A stretch of DNA of 37,399 nt. Source: a virus. Positions 8,407 through 17,888 of the stretch are shown in pieces. Location: positions 1-37,399 of IMG/VR virus record IMGVR_UViG_3300045988_077516; one strand, 5' to 3'. The translations under genes and the position numbers were made by a program. The first letter of the stretch is position 1, and each line of letters starts with the position of its first letter. The notes under the pieces are model-generated. The model was not told the DNA's origin. It ran no database searches and worked only from the letters and a program-made list of their open reading frames with translations.

Positions 8407-8608
8407 ACACTACACAGTCACAAAAGACGCGGACAGGCTTGCACCGAACTGGCTGGCGAGCCGGATCAATTACAAGACAATCAAATTATTATACCGGGAC
8501 ATTGACGGACACGCAGAACTGAAGGGGGTGAAGATTGGCGATGAAGTGGCACAGATCGGCGACACGGTACAGTTCAACGGCAGACGGTTATCCGTAGAAA
8601 GGCGGTGA
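8399..8608 (+). CDS. Hypothetical protein (69 aa)
   Basis: Its ATG overlaps the end of the lipoprotein gene by 8 nt. Confidence 0.5.
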   Translation: MTEHYTVTKDADRLAPNWLASRINYKTIKLLYRDIDGHAELKGVKIGDEVAQIGDTVQFNGRRLSVERR

Positions 8609-8765
8609 TCCAGATATCTCCCTTTGAGGCATGGGGTTAGGTGTCTTATTTTTATGCCCTGCCATAAGGCGTAAAACTGGGCGATTACCCGGCCGGAGGT
8701 CTACCCGGCTATATCCCACACCGCTGAAAGAGCGGTCAATAAAACATTTCAGGAGGAACGAAGCA

Positions 8766-9329
8766 ATGAAAAATATCTATGAGATTCTGAAAGATTACGG
8801 TCTGGAGATCCCGGAAGAGAAAAAGGCAGACTTTGACAAGTCATGGAAGGAAAATTACCGCACCAAAAACGAGTACGACAAGGCAGTGAACCAGCGTGAC
8901 GAGTACAAGACTTCACTGGATACGGTAAACGAGAAGCTCAAGGAGTTTGACGGCGTGGATGTCGCAGACCTCAAAGGGCAGATCACAAAGCTCCAGGACG
9001 ATCTGAAAACGCAGAAAGAGACGTATGACGCAAAGGAAGCGGAACGTCTGTTTACGGATTCCGTCAAATCTGCAATCAAGGAAGCAGGAGGAAGAAACGC
9101 AAAGGCGGTCATGGCACTGCTTGACATGGATGCCCTGAGGGAATCCAAAGACCAGAGTGCAGACATCAAGAAAGCACTGGATGCTGCAAAAGAGTCTGAC
9201 GCTTATCTGTTTGGAACAGATGAACCTTTCAAGAATCCGGTCGGACCGTCCGGCGGAAACGGCGGGACGGACTCGGCGCTTGCTGCCATGAGGGCAGCGG
9301 CAGGATTACCACCTGCGGAAAGCAAATAG
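8766..9329 (+). CDS. Head scaffolding protein (GP20-like)
   Basis: AGGAGGA lies 7 nt upstream of ATG 8766. The protein is charged and coiled-coil-like (MKNIYEILKDYGLEIPEEKKADFDK...) and sits directly before the capsid gene. Confidence 0.75.
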   Translation: MKNIYEILKDYGLEIPEEKKADFDKSWKENYRTKNEYDKAVNQRDEYKTSLDTVNEKLKEFDGVDVADLKGQITKLQDDLKTQKETYDAKEAERLFTDSVKSAIKEAGGRNAKAVMALLDMDALRESKDQSADIKKALDAAKESDAYLFGTDEPFKNPVGPSGGNGGTDSALAAMRAAAGLPPAESK

Positions 9330-9346
9330 AAAAGGAGAGATGAAAC

Positions 9347-10351
9347 ATGGCAAACGCAATTGAATTAGCAAAAAATTATTTGGATATCATTGACGAGGTG
9401 TACAAAAGTGCATCTGTGACCGCAGATCTGACCAGTGATCCGAGCATGATGCGTGCCGGAGCAAATGTAAGCGAAATCTTATACCCACAGATCGAGGTCG
9501 GAGGACTGGGAAATTACGACCGCAATTCCGGTTATACTTCTGCGGCTGTATCACTGAAATGGGCAACCGCACGCTTCAATTATGACCGTGGTGCCAAACT
9601 GGAAGTAGATACGATGGACAACCAGGAGTCCATGAACCTGGCATTTACGAGAGCGGGAGCAGAGCTGCAGAGGACCAGGGTAGCACCGGAGGCAGATGCA
9701 TTTACTTTTGCGACCATCTGCGGATTTGACGGCATCACAAAGAAAGCGGAGAACCTGGCGGATGCAGAAGCATTCCTGAAAGCCCTGATCGAGGCAAAGA
9801 ACGTGATGGATGAGGACGAAGTGCCGGAAGAGGGCAGGATTCTGTATGCGACCCCGACGCTGATGAACGGGGTAATGGCACTGGACACAACGAAGTCCCG
9901 TGAGATCCTGAATGCATTCAACATCAAGAAGAAAGTGCCGCAGTCCAGATTCTATACCGCGATCCATCTGCTGGACGGAAAGAGCGAGGGCGAGGAAGCC
10001 GGCCATTACAAGAGAGGCACGGCAGTCTACGAAAAGACGAAGGATTCTTCGGTGGTATCCGGGAAAACCTACTACACACAGAGCGGCAGCAGCTATGAAG
10101 CAGTCAAAAGCCCGGCAGCGGGAAGCATTTCCACCTACTACGAAAAAATTTCGGAAGAAGGCAAGGACATCAACTTCATGATCATCCATAAACCGGCGAT
10201 CATCAAATTTGATAAGCACATCGCAAGCGACATCATCCCGGCAAGCCTGAACGCGAATGCAGACGGCGATATCCTGAAATACCGCAAGTATGGCCTGGTG
10301 GATTACTACCGCAACAAAGCGGCCGGCTTCTACGTGTCACACAAAGCCTGA
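9347..10351 (+). CDS. Major capsid protein
   Basis: 334 aa, strong AAAGGAGAG ribosome-binding site, positioned after the scaffold gene. Confidence 0.8.
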   Translation: MANAIELAKNYLDIIDEVYKSASVTADLTSDPSMMRAGANVSEILYPQIEVGGLGNYDRNSGYTSAAVSLKWATARFNYDRGAKLEVDTMDNQESMNLAFTRAGAELQRTRVAPEADAFTFATICGFDGITKKAENLADAEAFLKALIEAKNVMDEDEVPEEGRILYATPTLMNGVMALDTTKSREILNAFNIKKKVPQSRFYTAIHLLDGKSEGEEAGHYKRGTAVYEKTKDSSVVSGKTYYTQSGSSYEAVKSPAAGSISTYYEKISEEGKDINFMIIHKPAIIKFDKHIASDIIPASLNANADGDILKYRKYGLVDYYRNKAAGFYVSHKA

Positions 10352-10363
10352 GAGGACGGGCTT

Positions 10364-10753
10364 ATGACACAGTATACCGATTATACATTCTACAAAGAGC
10401 AGTATGGCGGTGAGCTGACGGAAGGACAGTTCCGCAGGGTGATCGTGCCGGTGTCGGCCCACATCCGGCGGATCACGTTCGACCGTGCAGACAGATCCAT
10501 GGAAGAAGTGCAGCATGCCGCCTGTGCGTGCTGTGACCTTCTGTACGCAGACCAGGCAGCAAAGGCAGAACACCAGGGCAGGGAGGTCGCATCAGAAAAC
10601 ACAGACGGCTATTCTGTTTCGTATGTACAGGAACAGGGCGGCAAAACCGCCCAGGAGATACTGGCGGGCAAGATCTACCAGACGGCGGCGTTGTACCTGG
10701 AACCGACCGGCCTGTTGAATATGGGGGTGTATGACGATGCTGACCAACACTGA
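10364..10753 (+). CDS. Head-tail connector/adaptor protein (putative)
   Basis: Position and size (129 aa) in the connector block. Confidence 0.6.
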   Translation: MTQYTDYTFYKEQYGGELTEGQFRRVIVPVSAHIRRITFDRADRSMEEVQHAACACCDLLYADQAAKAEHQGREVASENTDGYSVSYVQEQGGKTAQEILAGKIYQTAALYLEPTGLLNMGVYDDADQH

Positions 10754-11075
10754 CGCAACGCTCTACCACCGCAGTTACAATCCGGCAACCCGTCTGGATG
10801 AGTGGGGGAGTACGTACATCCCGGCACTCTGGTGGTACGAGGCAGAACAGTCCAGCGTCACCACGGAAGGCAGGAAGACCGCCGATACTTTCATGGTCCG
10901 CATCCCGGATATGACAGTCCAGATTGCGAAAGATGATTACCTGGTAAGAGGGCAGTGCAGCGTGCAGATGAAGACAGCGAAAGATCTGACCGGTACGGAG
11001 CATTTCAAAGTGTCGGCGGCAAACTACAACCGGTACGGAGGCAATCCGCACATCAAGGTGACAGGGGGTGCATGA
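10731..11075 (+). CDS. Head closure / minor capsid protein (putative)
   Basis: Position, with an overlapping start. Confidence 0.55.
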   Translation: MTMLTNTDATLYHRSYNPATRLDEWGSTYIPALWWYEAEQSSVTTEGRKTADTFMVRIPDMTVQIAKDDYLVRGQCSVQMKTAKDLTGTEHFKVSAANYNRYGGNPHIKVTGGA

Positions 11076-11464
11076 TGGCAGAGACCAGGAAAACGTTTCA
11101 GATCCGGCAGCCGCAGAACGTCCGCTACAGTGGTCATGGAAGCGGTGGAATGTTCACGGCAAGGATGGAATGGGATGCCTCCCTTGCGGCAAGGCTGAAT
11201 GGCAACCTTGCAGAAGCACAAAAGTATGTGGATACGACGTGCATAACCCGTATGAAACCGGAAACGCCGTTCCGAATCGGTGTACTGAGAGAGGCGGCAA
11301 AACGTGATACGGTCACCGGTTCCGGTCTGATCGTCCAGTCCACACCGTATGCCAGAAGGCAGTACTACGAACACAAAAAGCAGTCCAAATGGTTCGAACG
11401 CATGAAGAACCGGCACAAGGACAGCATCCAGAAGGAGGCGGGTAAAATTGCATGCGGAAAGTAG
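11072..11464 (+). CDS. Neck / tail-completion protein (putative)
   Basis: ATGA overlap with the previous stop. The YARRQYYEHKKQSKWFERM segment resembles minor capsid family proteins. The upstream part of track ORF 10955 only overlaps the previous gene. Confidence 0.55.
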   Translation: MMAETRKTFQIRQPQNVRYSGHGSGGMFTARMEWDASLAARLNGNLAEAQKYVDTTCITRMKPETPFRIGVLREAAKRDTVTGSGLIVQSTPYARRQYYEHKKQSKWFERMKNRHKDSIQKEAGKIACGK

Positions 11465-11879
11465 CATCATCGAGAGCATCCGCACATTCTTCCTGACCTG
11501 TCCGTTTTTACATGACGGCCGGGTCAACGTGGATTACCTGGGCGAGGAGATGAGTTACTCCATCGACCCGCTCCCGTGTGATCCGGTGGTCCAGAAATAT
11601 GTGGATGGCGGGAAAAAGAAGCAGTACCAGTTCGCCATCTGTTCCAAGGAAGTCTATGACGAGGACGCCAGGGTGAATATCGAGAACAGCGGCTTCTACC
11701 AGGGGCTTCAGGAGTGGCTGGAAGAGTCCTCGGACAATGGGGAACTTCCGGAACTGGCAAACGAAAAACAACATACAATAGCAATCGAAACCTTAAACAG
11801 CGGTTACCTGTACGATGCCGAAGCTAATCTTGCTACGTATCGTATCGAGTGCCGCTTAATTTATGAACAGGAGGCTTAA
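11448..11879 (+). CDS. Neck / tail-terminator protein (putative)
   Basis: Position directly before the tail tube gene. Confidence 0.5.
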   Translation: MHAESSIIESIRTFFLTCPFLHDGRVNVDYLGEEMSYSIDPLPCDPVVQKYVDGGKKKQYQFAICSKEVYDEDARVNIENSGFYQGLQEWLEESSDNGELPELANEKQHTIAIETLNSGYLYDAEANLATYRIECRLIYEQEA

Positions 11880-11882
11880 ATT

Positions 11883-12410
11883 ATGACAGGAAAAAATAAT
11901 AAAACGAAATTAGTCAAGAGAACCGGCAGGGTGTCCTTCTACGGCGTACCGGCCAACGATGGGGCAGAGCCAACAGAATTTACCCGTATGGAGAAGTTCA
12001 CGACACTTTCAGAGTCCAAGAACCCGACCACCTATGAACGCCAGTACGTGGACAAGGATTCCAGCGACAGCGACGTGACCGGTTACGGCACCTCATGGTC
12101 CTATAACTTCGACATGCACGAGAATAACCCGATCCTGATGGACATCGCATCCGTGCACGATGACGAGCTGACCGGGGAGACCAGGAACATCGTGGTCGTG
12201 GACTTCTTCGACAAGGGCGAAGCGACCAAAGAGGATGAATTCGTGGCAAGAAAACGTGAGTTCTCCATCCTCCCGGATGCATCCGGTGACGGAACCGATG
12301 CACTGCAGTATTCCGGGTCGTTCGGCGTGAAGTCCGAACCGGTCAAGGGCTATGCCAAGGTTGCGGCAGACGGCAAGAGCTGCACGTTCCTGGATACACC
12401 GACCGTCTGA
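11883..12410 (+). CDS. Major tail (tube) protein
   Basis: 175 aa, CAGGAGG ribosome-binding site, positioned before the chaperone and tape measure genes. Confidence 0.75.
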   Translation: MTGKNNKTKLVKRTGRVSFYGVPANDGAEPTEFTRMEKFTTLSESKNPTTYERQYVDKDSSDSDVTGYGTSWSYNFDMHENNPILMDIASVHDDELTGETRNIVVVDFFDKGEATKEDEFVARKREFSILPDASGDGTDALQYSGSFGVKSEPVKGYAKVAADGKSCTFLDTPTV

Positions 12411-12416
12411 TGATCC

Positions 12417-12983
12417 ATGAACCCATTGTATGAACCACTGCCGAAGAAAGTAGAGGTCGGGGGGATCCCCTACCCGGTCAAGACGGACTTCCGGGCAGTG
12501 CTGAAGCTGATCGGGGAAGTGAAGCAGGCAGGGGAGCCGGGCAGCCGGCTCTTCCTGATCCTGCGGTTATACAAAAAAGAGATTCCGCCGGACATCCAGG
12601 GGGCCGTCCAGGCAGTCACGGATTTCATTGCCGGCATCCGGTCAGCAGAAAAGGAAAAAGAGCGTGAAGGCAGTGGAAAGCAGACGTTCAGCTATGAGAA
12701 GGATGCATCGTATATCGTCAGCGATTTCCAGAACTATTACGGCATTGACCTTCTAGCCTGTAAATATCTGCACTGGCAGAAGTTCCAGATGCTGCTGGAA
12801 GGCCTGCCGGATGATTCCGGCACGAAAACCCGCATCGGTTACCGCTCGATTGATGCCGGAAAGATCAGGGACAGGCAGGAACGCCAGCGGATCCAGAAGA
12901 TCCAGCGGGCAATATCCCTGGAAGATGAGCGGGATGAGGAGCAGATCGGTGATCTGTTCGCGGCTGCGATGTGGGGAGACTGA
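12417..12983 (+). CDS. Tail assembly chaperone (Gp15-like)
   Basis: Position directly before the tape measure gene. The N-terminus LPKKVEVGGIPYPVKTDFRAVLKLI resembles Gp15-family proteins. Confidence 0.65.
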   Translation: MNPLYEPLPKKVEVGGIPYPVKTDFRAVLKLIGEVKQAGEPGSRLFLILRLYKKEIPPDIQGAVQAVTDFIAGIRSAEKEKEREGSGKQTFSYEKDASYIVSDFQNYYGIDLLACKYLHWQKFQMLLEGLPDDSGTKTRIGYRSIDAGKIRDRQERQRIQKIQRAISLEDERDEEQIGDLFAAAMWGD

Positions 12984-13001
12984 TAAGATGGGAGGCAGGA
13001 A

Positions 13002-16000
13002 ATGGCAGACGGAACATTAAGATTTGACACTGAGATTGACGAGAGTGGATTTCAGAAAGGCTTAAAGCGGATTGAGCAGGCGGCGAAAGGTGCAACACAG
13101 CAGACTGCCTCCGATGCACAGGACGCGGCAAAACAGGCAGAGCAGGCCGTTTCCCAGGCGGCAGATGAAGCAGGGAAAGACGCAGAAAAAGCGGCGAAGC
13201 AAGTAGTTAATACGCTGGAAGAGATACAGGATGCGGCAGAAGACGCGGCGGATGCGATTACAGATGCGGCAGAAGATGCCGGGCAGGATGCTGCAGAGTC
13301 CGTCCAGGACGCTGTGGATAATATTGTGGAATCTGTGGAAGAAGCAGGCGAGAGTGCAGCGGAAGCAGTAGAGGATGCCATGTCGGATGTTGCGGACAGC
13401 GTTTCGGATGCGGCAAAAGACGTCGGAGACAGTGCCTCTGACATAGGCGACAGCATCGGGGACGGGTTCGAGGAAGGGACAGACCAGGCAAGTACAGCCA
13501 TTGATGCCCTTGCACAGGCCCTGGTAGCTGCCGGGGTGACTGCATCCGTCAAGGCGATCACGGACGCACTCATGGGCTGCACGCAGGCAAGCATGGAGTT
13601 CGAAACGGCGATGGCCAAGGTCGGCACGATTGCAGATGAGTCGCAGAAGCCGCTCGGTGATATGAGGAACGAGATCCTGGCATTGTCCAGTGAAACCGGC
13701 AAGAGTGTCGGGGAACTGGCAGAAGCGACCTACCAGGCCATTTCAGCATCGGTAGCGACCGAGAGTGCAGTTGATTTTGTCGGCACAGCGAATAAGTTGG
13801 CTGTTGGTGGATTTTCCGACACCACGACCGCCGTGGACATCCTGACGACCGCCATCAATGCCTATGGCATGTCGGCGGATGATGCTTCGAAGATCTCAGA
13901 CGTTCTGATCACAACGCAGAACTTAGGAAAAACATCCGTTGCACAGTTAGGTGCCAGCATGGGCATGGTCATCCCACTGGCGGCGGCGTACAACATGAAC
14001 CTGGAAGACCTGGCAGCCAGCTACGCATTGCTGACCGCCAACGGTACGCAGACCGCACAGGCAACGACCTACGTCAAGGCGGCACTGGATGAGCTTGGAA
14101 GCACAAGTTCCGTTGTTGGATCAACGCTCAAGAAGCAGACCGGCAAGACTTTCGCGGAATTGATGGCAGAGGGCAATTCACTTGGAGATGTGCTGCAGGT
14201 ACTGGCCGACAGTGTGGACGGTGACACGACCGCGTTCAACAACATGTGGTCGAGTTCCGAGGCCGGTGTTGGTATGTTATCCATCCTGAACAGTGGAACA
14301 TCCAAATACAACAGTCTGGTGCAGTCCATGGAAGGAAGCACCGGGGCGGCTACAGCGGCGTTCGATAAGATGTCGGCAACCGGAGAATTTGCCCAGCAGC
14401 GTTTCCAGAACGCCATCGAGAACCTGAAGATAGCGATCGGTGATGAGCTTGCACCGGTGCTGATGGAACTCCAGCAGAGCGGGGCAGATGCGATGGAATG
14501 GGCAACGGAGTTCGTCAAGGAACACCCGGAAGTAGTGGCGGCAGTCACGGCACTGGCGGCAGCCCTTGCAGTACTGGCAGCAGCACTGGTCGGGTTGTTG
14601 GTCGTTCAACAGGTTACAACAGCATTTACGAAGTTTTCAGCGGCACTCCTTGCGAATCCAGTCGGTGCGGTGGCAGTAGCCCTTACAGCCCTTACAGCGG
14701 CAGCCGTGGCATTCGGGGCGGTCATGAAAGACCGGACATCGGAGTCAGTAAAGAACCGGAAGGCGATCGAACAGTGCAAAGATTCCTACGATGAGCTGAA
14801 AGACAGCATGGAAGAGCATGCGAAAGAGAGAAAAGAAAACATCAAAAGTGCGAAAACAGAAGCGGCTACCTACCAGAACCTTGCGGACAAACTCTACGAG
14901 CTGGCGGATAAAACAAATAAAACAGCCTCAGACAAAGCACAGATGAACACGATCGTCGACCAGCTCAACGGGGCCATGCCGGAGCTTGGACTTTCCATTG
15001 ATGAAACAACCGGGGCACTGAACAGGGAGAAATCCGCAGTGGATGCCGTGATCGATTCTATGAAGCAGCAGGCACTTGCAAATGCTTATCAGGAACAGGC
15101 AAACAAGGCGGCTTCTGATCTGGCAGAGGCACAGATCCAGCTGTCAGAAGCGGAAGAAGTGCTCAACGACCTGCGGTCACAGGCAGTAAAGAAGATTGAC
15201 GAACATAACGCTGCGGTACAGGACGGCACGGAATCCGTGCAGGAAATGGCGAGCAGTTACGCAGCAGCCGGTGAACCGGTTGACAAATATGCATTGCAGC
15301 TGAACGCCCTGAACGGCCAGATAAAAGAACAGGAAGAAGTCGTTGCCGGCTTACAGGGAACAACTTCGGAAGCAGACGAAAGATACAACAAAATAGCGGA
15401 GAAAGCTTACGAGTATAAAATCGCTGTTGAAGAATCAAACCAGGGCGTATCAGACTCCGCAACAGAAATGTCTGACGAGGTCAAACAAGCCTACGAGGAC
15501 ATGAAAACGTCCATCCAGAACAGTCTGGCGGGTGCAACGGATGCGTTCAAGAAGTTTTCCGGAGGCGAAGAGATCGACAAAGGCAAGATCATAGAGAATC
15601 TGGAAAGTCAGGCCAAAGGAGTAGAAGAGTGGGGACAAAACCTGAAAGCTCTTGCAGGTCGGGCAGGGGAGGGGATGACCAAAGAACTATATGATTACCT
15701 GGTCAAATTAGGACCCCAGAGTGCAAATCTGGTCAAATCCTTCATCCAGATGACAAGTGATGAATTACAAGATGCAGCAACGGCGTTTTCACAGGCTGGT
15801 GGTGAACTTTCAGAAGGCATTACGAGTGAACTGGCCACTGCATCTGCGAACTGGGAGAATGCAGGGCAGGAAATTGCCCAGAAGGCTGGCGAAGCCGGAG
15901 AGAAGAGCGGCAAAGAGCACACGGAAAAAGCAAAAAGCGGGATCGAATCCGGCCAGAAGGAAGTCACGGAGGCGGCCAAGAAAGGCGGAGAGGAAGCCGG

Positions 16001-17888
16001 AAAAGAGTCGCAGAAAGCAACCGCGGACGGAATCCAGCAGAATTCCGGGCAGGTGTCACAGGCGGCTGGGAATTCCATGAAAAAAGCAGCAGACACGGCA
16101 AGGACTTACCGAAGTTCTTTTGAAAGTGTTGGTCAGAGCATGTCAGAAGGTGTTGCAGTTGGAATCAACAGGGGATCACCTTTCATACAGAATGCGGTAA
16201 ACGGTGTTCTTCAATCAGCTGTAAACGAGGCAGAAAAAAAGATAAAAAAGAACAGCCCGTCTCATGTATGGCGTGATGAAATCGGACTTAGCATGGCCGA
16301 GGGTGTCGCAGTCGGAATTGAACGCGGTGAAAAAATAGTAAATGACAGTGTTGGATCTATGGCGGACTCATCACTGGAAACCGCAAAGGATACACTTGGC
16401 ATCCATTCCCCGTCCAAGGTTTTCAAGGACGAGATCGGTAAACACATCGTCGGAGGTGTGATCAAGGGCATTGAAGCCGAAGTCCCGAAGCTGAAAAAGA
16501 CCATGAAAAAGATGTCCGAGGAAGCTGTCAAGGCAGCCGGTGAAGTGGATGCGGCAAAGGGCGGTTATTCCGATGCGGCGTCTGCGATCATGGAATCCAT
16601 CACCAGCGGGCTTGACAAGCGTCAGGAACTCCTGGTTTCCAAGCTGGATAACAAGATTGACGGCTATGTGGATAAGGTTGTAAAAAAATACGAAAAACTG
16701 GCCGAAGACAAGAAAACAGAGGCGGGCAACACCACGGATGCAACGCAGAAGAAAAAGCTCCAGGAAGAAGCAAAAAAGTTCCGGAAGAACGCCAAAAAGA
16801 TCAAGAACTATGCCAACAAATACACATCAACGTTCATGGATGCCCTGAAAGAAGGGACAGAGAAAGCTTACAGTAAGATCGAAGACGACTTAGACAAGAA
16901 GCTGGATGAGATCGCAGACAAGTACCAGAAAGCTTACGACAAGATCATCTCATTTCGGGACGACATGAAAAAGAAGATGTCAGAGCCGGCCAATATGTAC
17001 GACCTGGACACCCAGCTGACACAAGTCGAGCGGTATCAGGAAGGTCTGAAAAAGCTCAAGGACAAGATACCGGAAAGCCTGATGGACCAGATCCTTGGCA
17101 TGGACCTGAACGAGGCAGACAACTTCGTGGAGCACCTGAATGCGATGTCGGAAGAGGAGCTGGAGGCGTACAAGAAGAAATGGGAACAGCTGCAGAGTTC
17201 GTCCGAAACCTTTTCGAAAGATTTCTTCGAACAGCGTCTGACAGATGTAAAAGCCGGATGGACGAAAGAAGTGGAAGAGGCAGCCAAAACCGCACAGGAA
17301 GCAGCCGAAGAAGCCGGAAAGAAGATCGCCAAGAGCCTGATCAAGAGTCTGAATGGCGAAAAAGAAACGCTGAAAAAATCCATGCAGGGCATTGCAAAGG
17401 ATATGATCGAAGCGTTTAAAAAAGCGTTTGGGCTTGGAAAAGACGGCAAAAAAGCAGAAGGCAGCAAAACGACAGCAGAGGCAAAGGGCACTGGAACTGC
17501 AGCTTCGGGCAAGACATCAGCAAAGAAAAAGAAAACGACTGCCAAAAACAAAAAGGAAGAAAAAGAATGGCAGGTATACCGGGAAACAAAAGAATATGAA
17601 AAAGCCAGGAAGAAAATCGAGCAGGGCACCCAGGCGGAAATGCAGGCAGTCATGGCAGAAGTGGAAAGGATGCAGAACACAATTGCAAGCCTGGAATCCA
17701 TGGGTGCAAGCCCGACGGTCAACGTGTCATCGCCACAGATCAGCCTGGCAAATAATCAGCCGGTGCAGTTACAGGCTGAGATCCATACCACGGTCGACCT
17801 GGATGGAAGGACGGTGGGCAAGGCGGTCACACCCTACGTCAATGAAAACATGAACACAATACGGAACCGGCAGAGGAGGGGAAGCTGA
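13002..17888 (+). CDS. Tail tape measure protein (1628 aa)
   Basis: Size, position, a TP901-type core (ETGKSVGELAEATYQAISAS...), hydrophobic segments (VVAAVTALAAALAVLAAALVGLLVV) and long coiled-coil regions. Confidence 0.92.
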   Translation: MADGTLRFDTEIDESGFQKGLKRIEQAAKGATQQTASDAQDAAKQAEQAVSQAADEAGKDAEKAAKQVVNTLEEIQDAAEDAADAITDAAEDAGQDAAESVQDAVDNIVESVEEAGESAAEAVEDAMSDVADSVSDAAKDVGDSASDIGDSIGDGFEEGTDQASTAIDALAQALVAAGVTASVKAITDALMGCTQASMEFETAMAKVGTIADESQKPLGDMRNEILALSSETGKSVGELAEATYQAISASVATESAVDFVGTANKLAVGGFSDTTTAVDILTTAINAYGMSADDASKISDVLITTQNLGKTSVAQLGASMGMVIPLAAAYNMNLEDLAASYALLTANGTQTAQATTYVKAALDELGSTSSVVGSTLKKQTGKTFAELMAEGNSLGDVLQVLADSVDGDTTAFNNMWSSSEAGVGMLSILNSGTSKYNSLVQSMEGSTGAATAAFDKMSATGEFAQQRFQNAIENLKIAIGDELAPVLMELQQSGADAMEWATEFVKEHPEVVAAVTALAAALAVLAAALVGLLVVQQVTTAFTKFSAALLANPVGAVAVALTALTAAAVAFGAVMKDRTSESVKNRKAIEQCKDSYDELKDSMEEHAKERKENIKSAKTEAATYQNLADKLYELADKTNKTASDKAQMNTIVDQLNGAMPELGLSIDETTGALNREKSAVDAVIDSMKQQALANAYQEQANKAASDLAEAQIQLSEAEEVLNDLRSQAVKKIDEHNAAVQDGTESVQEMASSYAAAGEPVDKYALQLNALNGQIKEQEEVVAGLQGTTSEADERYNKIAEKAYEYKIAVEESNQGVSDSATEMSDEVKQAYEDMKTSIQNSLAGATDAFKKFSGGEEIDKGKIIENLESQAKGVEEWGQNLKALAGRAGEGMTKELYDYLVKLGPQSANLVKSFIQMTSDELQDAATAFSQAGGELSEGITSELATASANWENAGQEIAQKAGEAGEKSGKEHTEKAKSGIESGQKEVTEAAKKGGEEAGKESQKATADGIQQNSGQVSQAAGNSMKKAADTARTYRSSFESVGQSMSEGVAVGINRGSPFIQNAVNGVLQSAVNEAEKKIKKNSPSHVWRDEIGLSMAEGVAVGIERGEKIVNDSVGSMADSSLETAKDTLGIHSPSKVFKDEIGKHIVGGVIKGIEAEVPKLKKTMKKMSEEAVKAAGEVDAAKGGYSDAASAIMESITSGLDKRQELLVSKLDNKIDGYVDKVVKKYEKLAEDKKTEAGNTTDATQKKKLQEEAKKFRKNAKKIKNYANKYTSTFMDALKEGTEKAYSKIEDDLDKKLDEIADKYQKAYDKIISFRDDMKKKMSEPANMYDLDTQLTQVERYQEGLKKLKDKIPESLMDQILGMDLNEADNFVEHLNAMSEEELEAYKKKWEQLQSSSETFSKDFFEQRLTDVKAGWTKEVEEAAKTAQEAAEEAGKKIAKSLIKSLNGEKETLKKSMQGIAKDMIEAFKKAFGLGKDGKKAEGSKTTAEAKGTGTAASGKTSAKKKKTTAKNKKEEKEWQVYRETKEYEKARKKIEQGTQAEMQAVMAEVERMQNTIASLESMGASPTVNVSSPQISLANNQPVQLQAEIHTTVDLDGRTVGKAVTPYVNENMNTIRNRQRRGS

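Noticed and set aside
8631-8765. N-terminal extension of the scaffold ORF (track start 8631)
   Set aside because: The extension is Arg/Pro-rich and has no ribosome-binding site. A strong AGGAGGA precedes the internal ATG at 8766, so I treat 8609-8765 as non-coding.
12811-13020. Possible programmed frameshift extension of the tail assembly chaperone (overlapping 69-aa ORF in another frame before the tape measure gene)
   Set aside because: The overlapping ORF is in the +1 frame rather than -1. It extends only 37 nt past the chaperone stop and runs into the tape measure start. I found no X XXY YYZ slippery heptamer in the overlap; GAAAACC at 12824-12830 does not fit in frame.
13100-13500. Repetitive DNA in the tape measure N-terminus considered as a CRISPR array or tandem repeat
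   Set aside because: It shows no regular repeat-spacer periodicity. It is an in-frame Asp/Ala/Glu-rich coding low-complexity region. No CRISPR array is present anywhere in the window.
13052-13702. Long antisense ORFs inside large genes (for example 13052-13702, 17036-17722, 5107-5730, 10473-11051, 31702-32454, 1810-2412, all on the - strand)
   Set aside because: They lie entirely within well-supported + strand genes, lack ribosome-binding sites, and have low-complexity Ser/Ala/Pro/Cys-rich translations typical of shadow frames.
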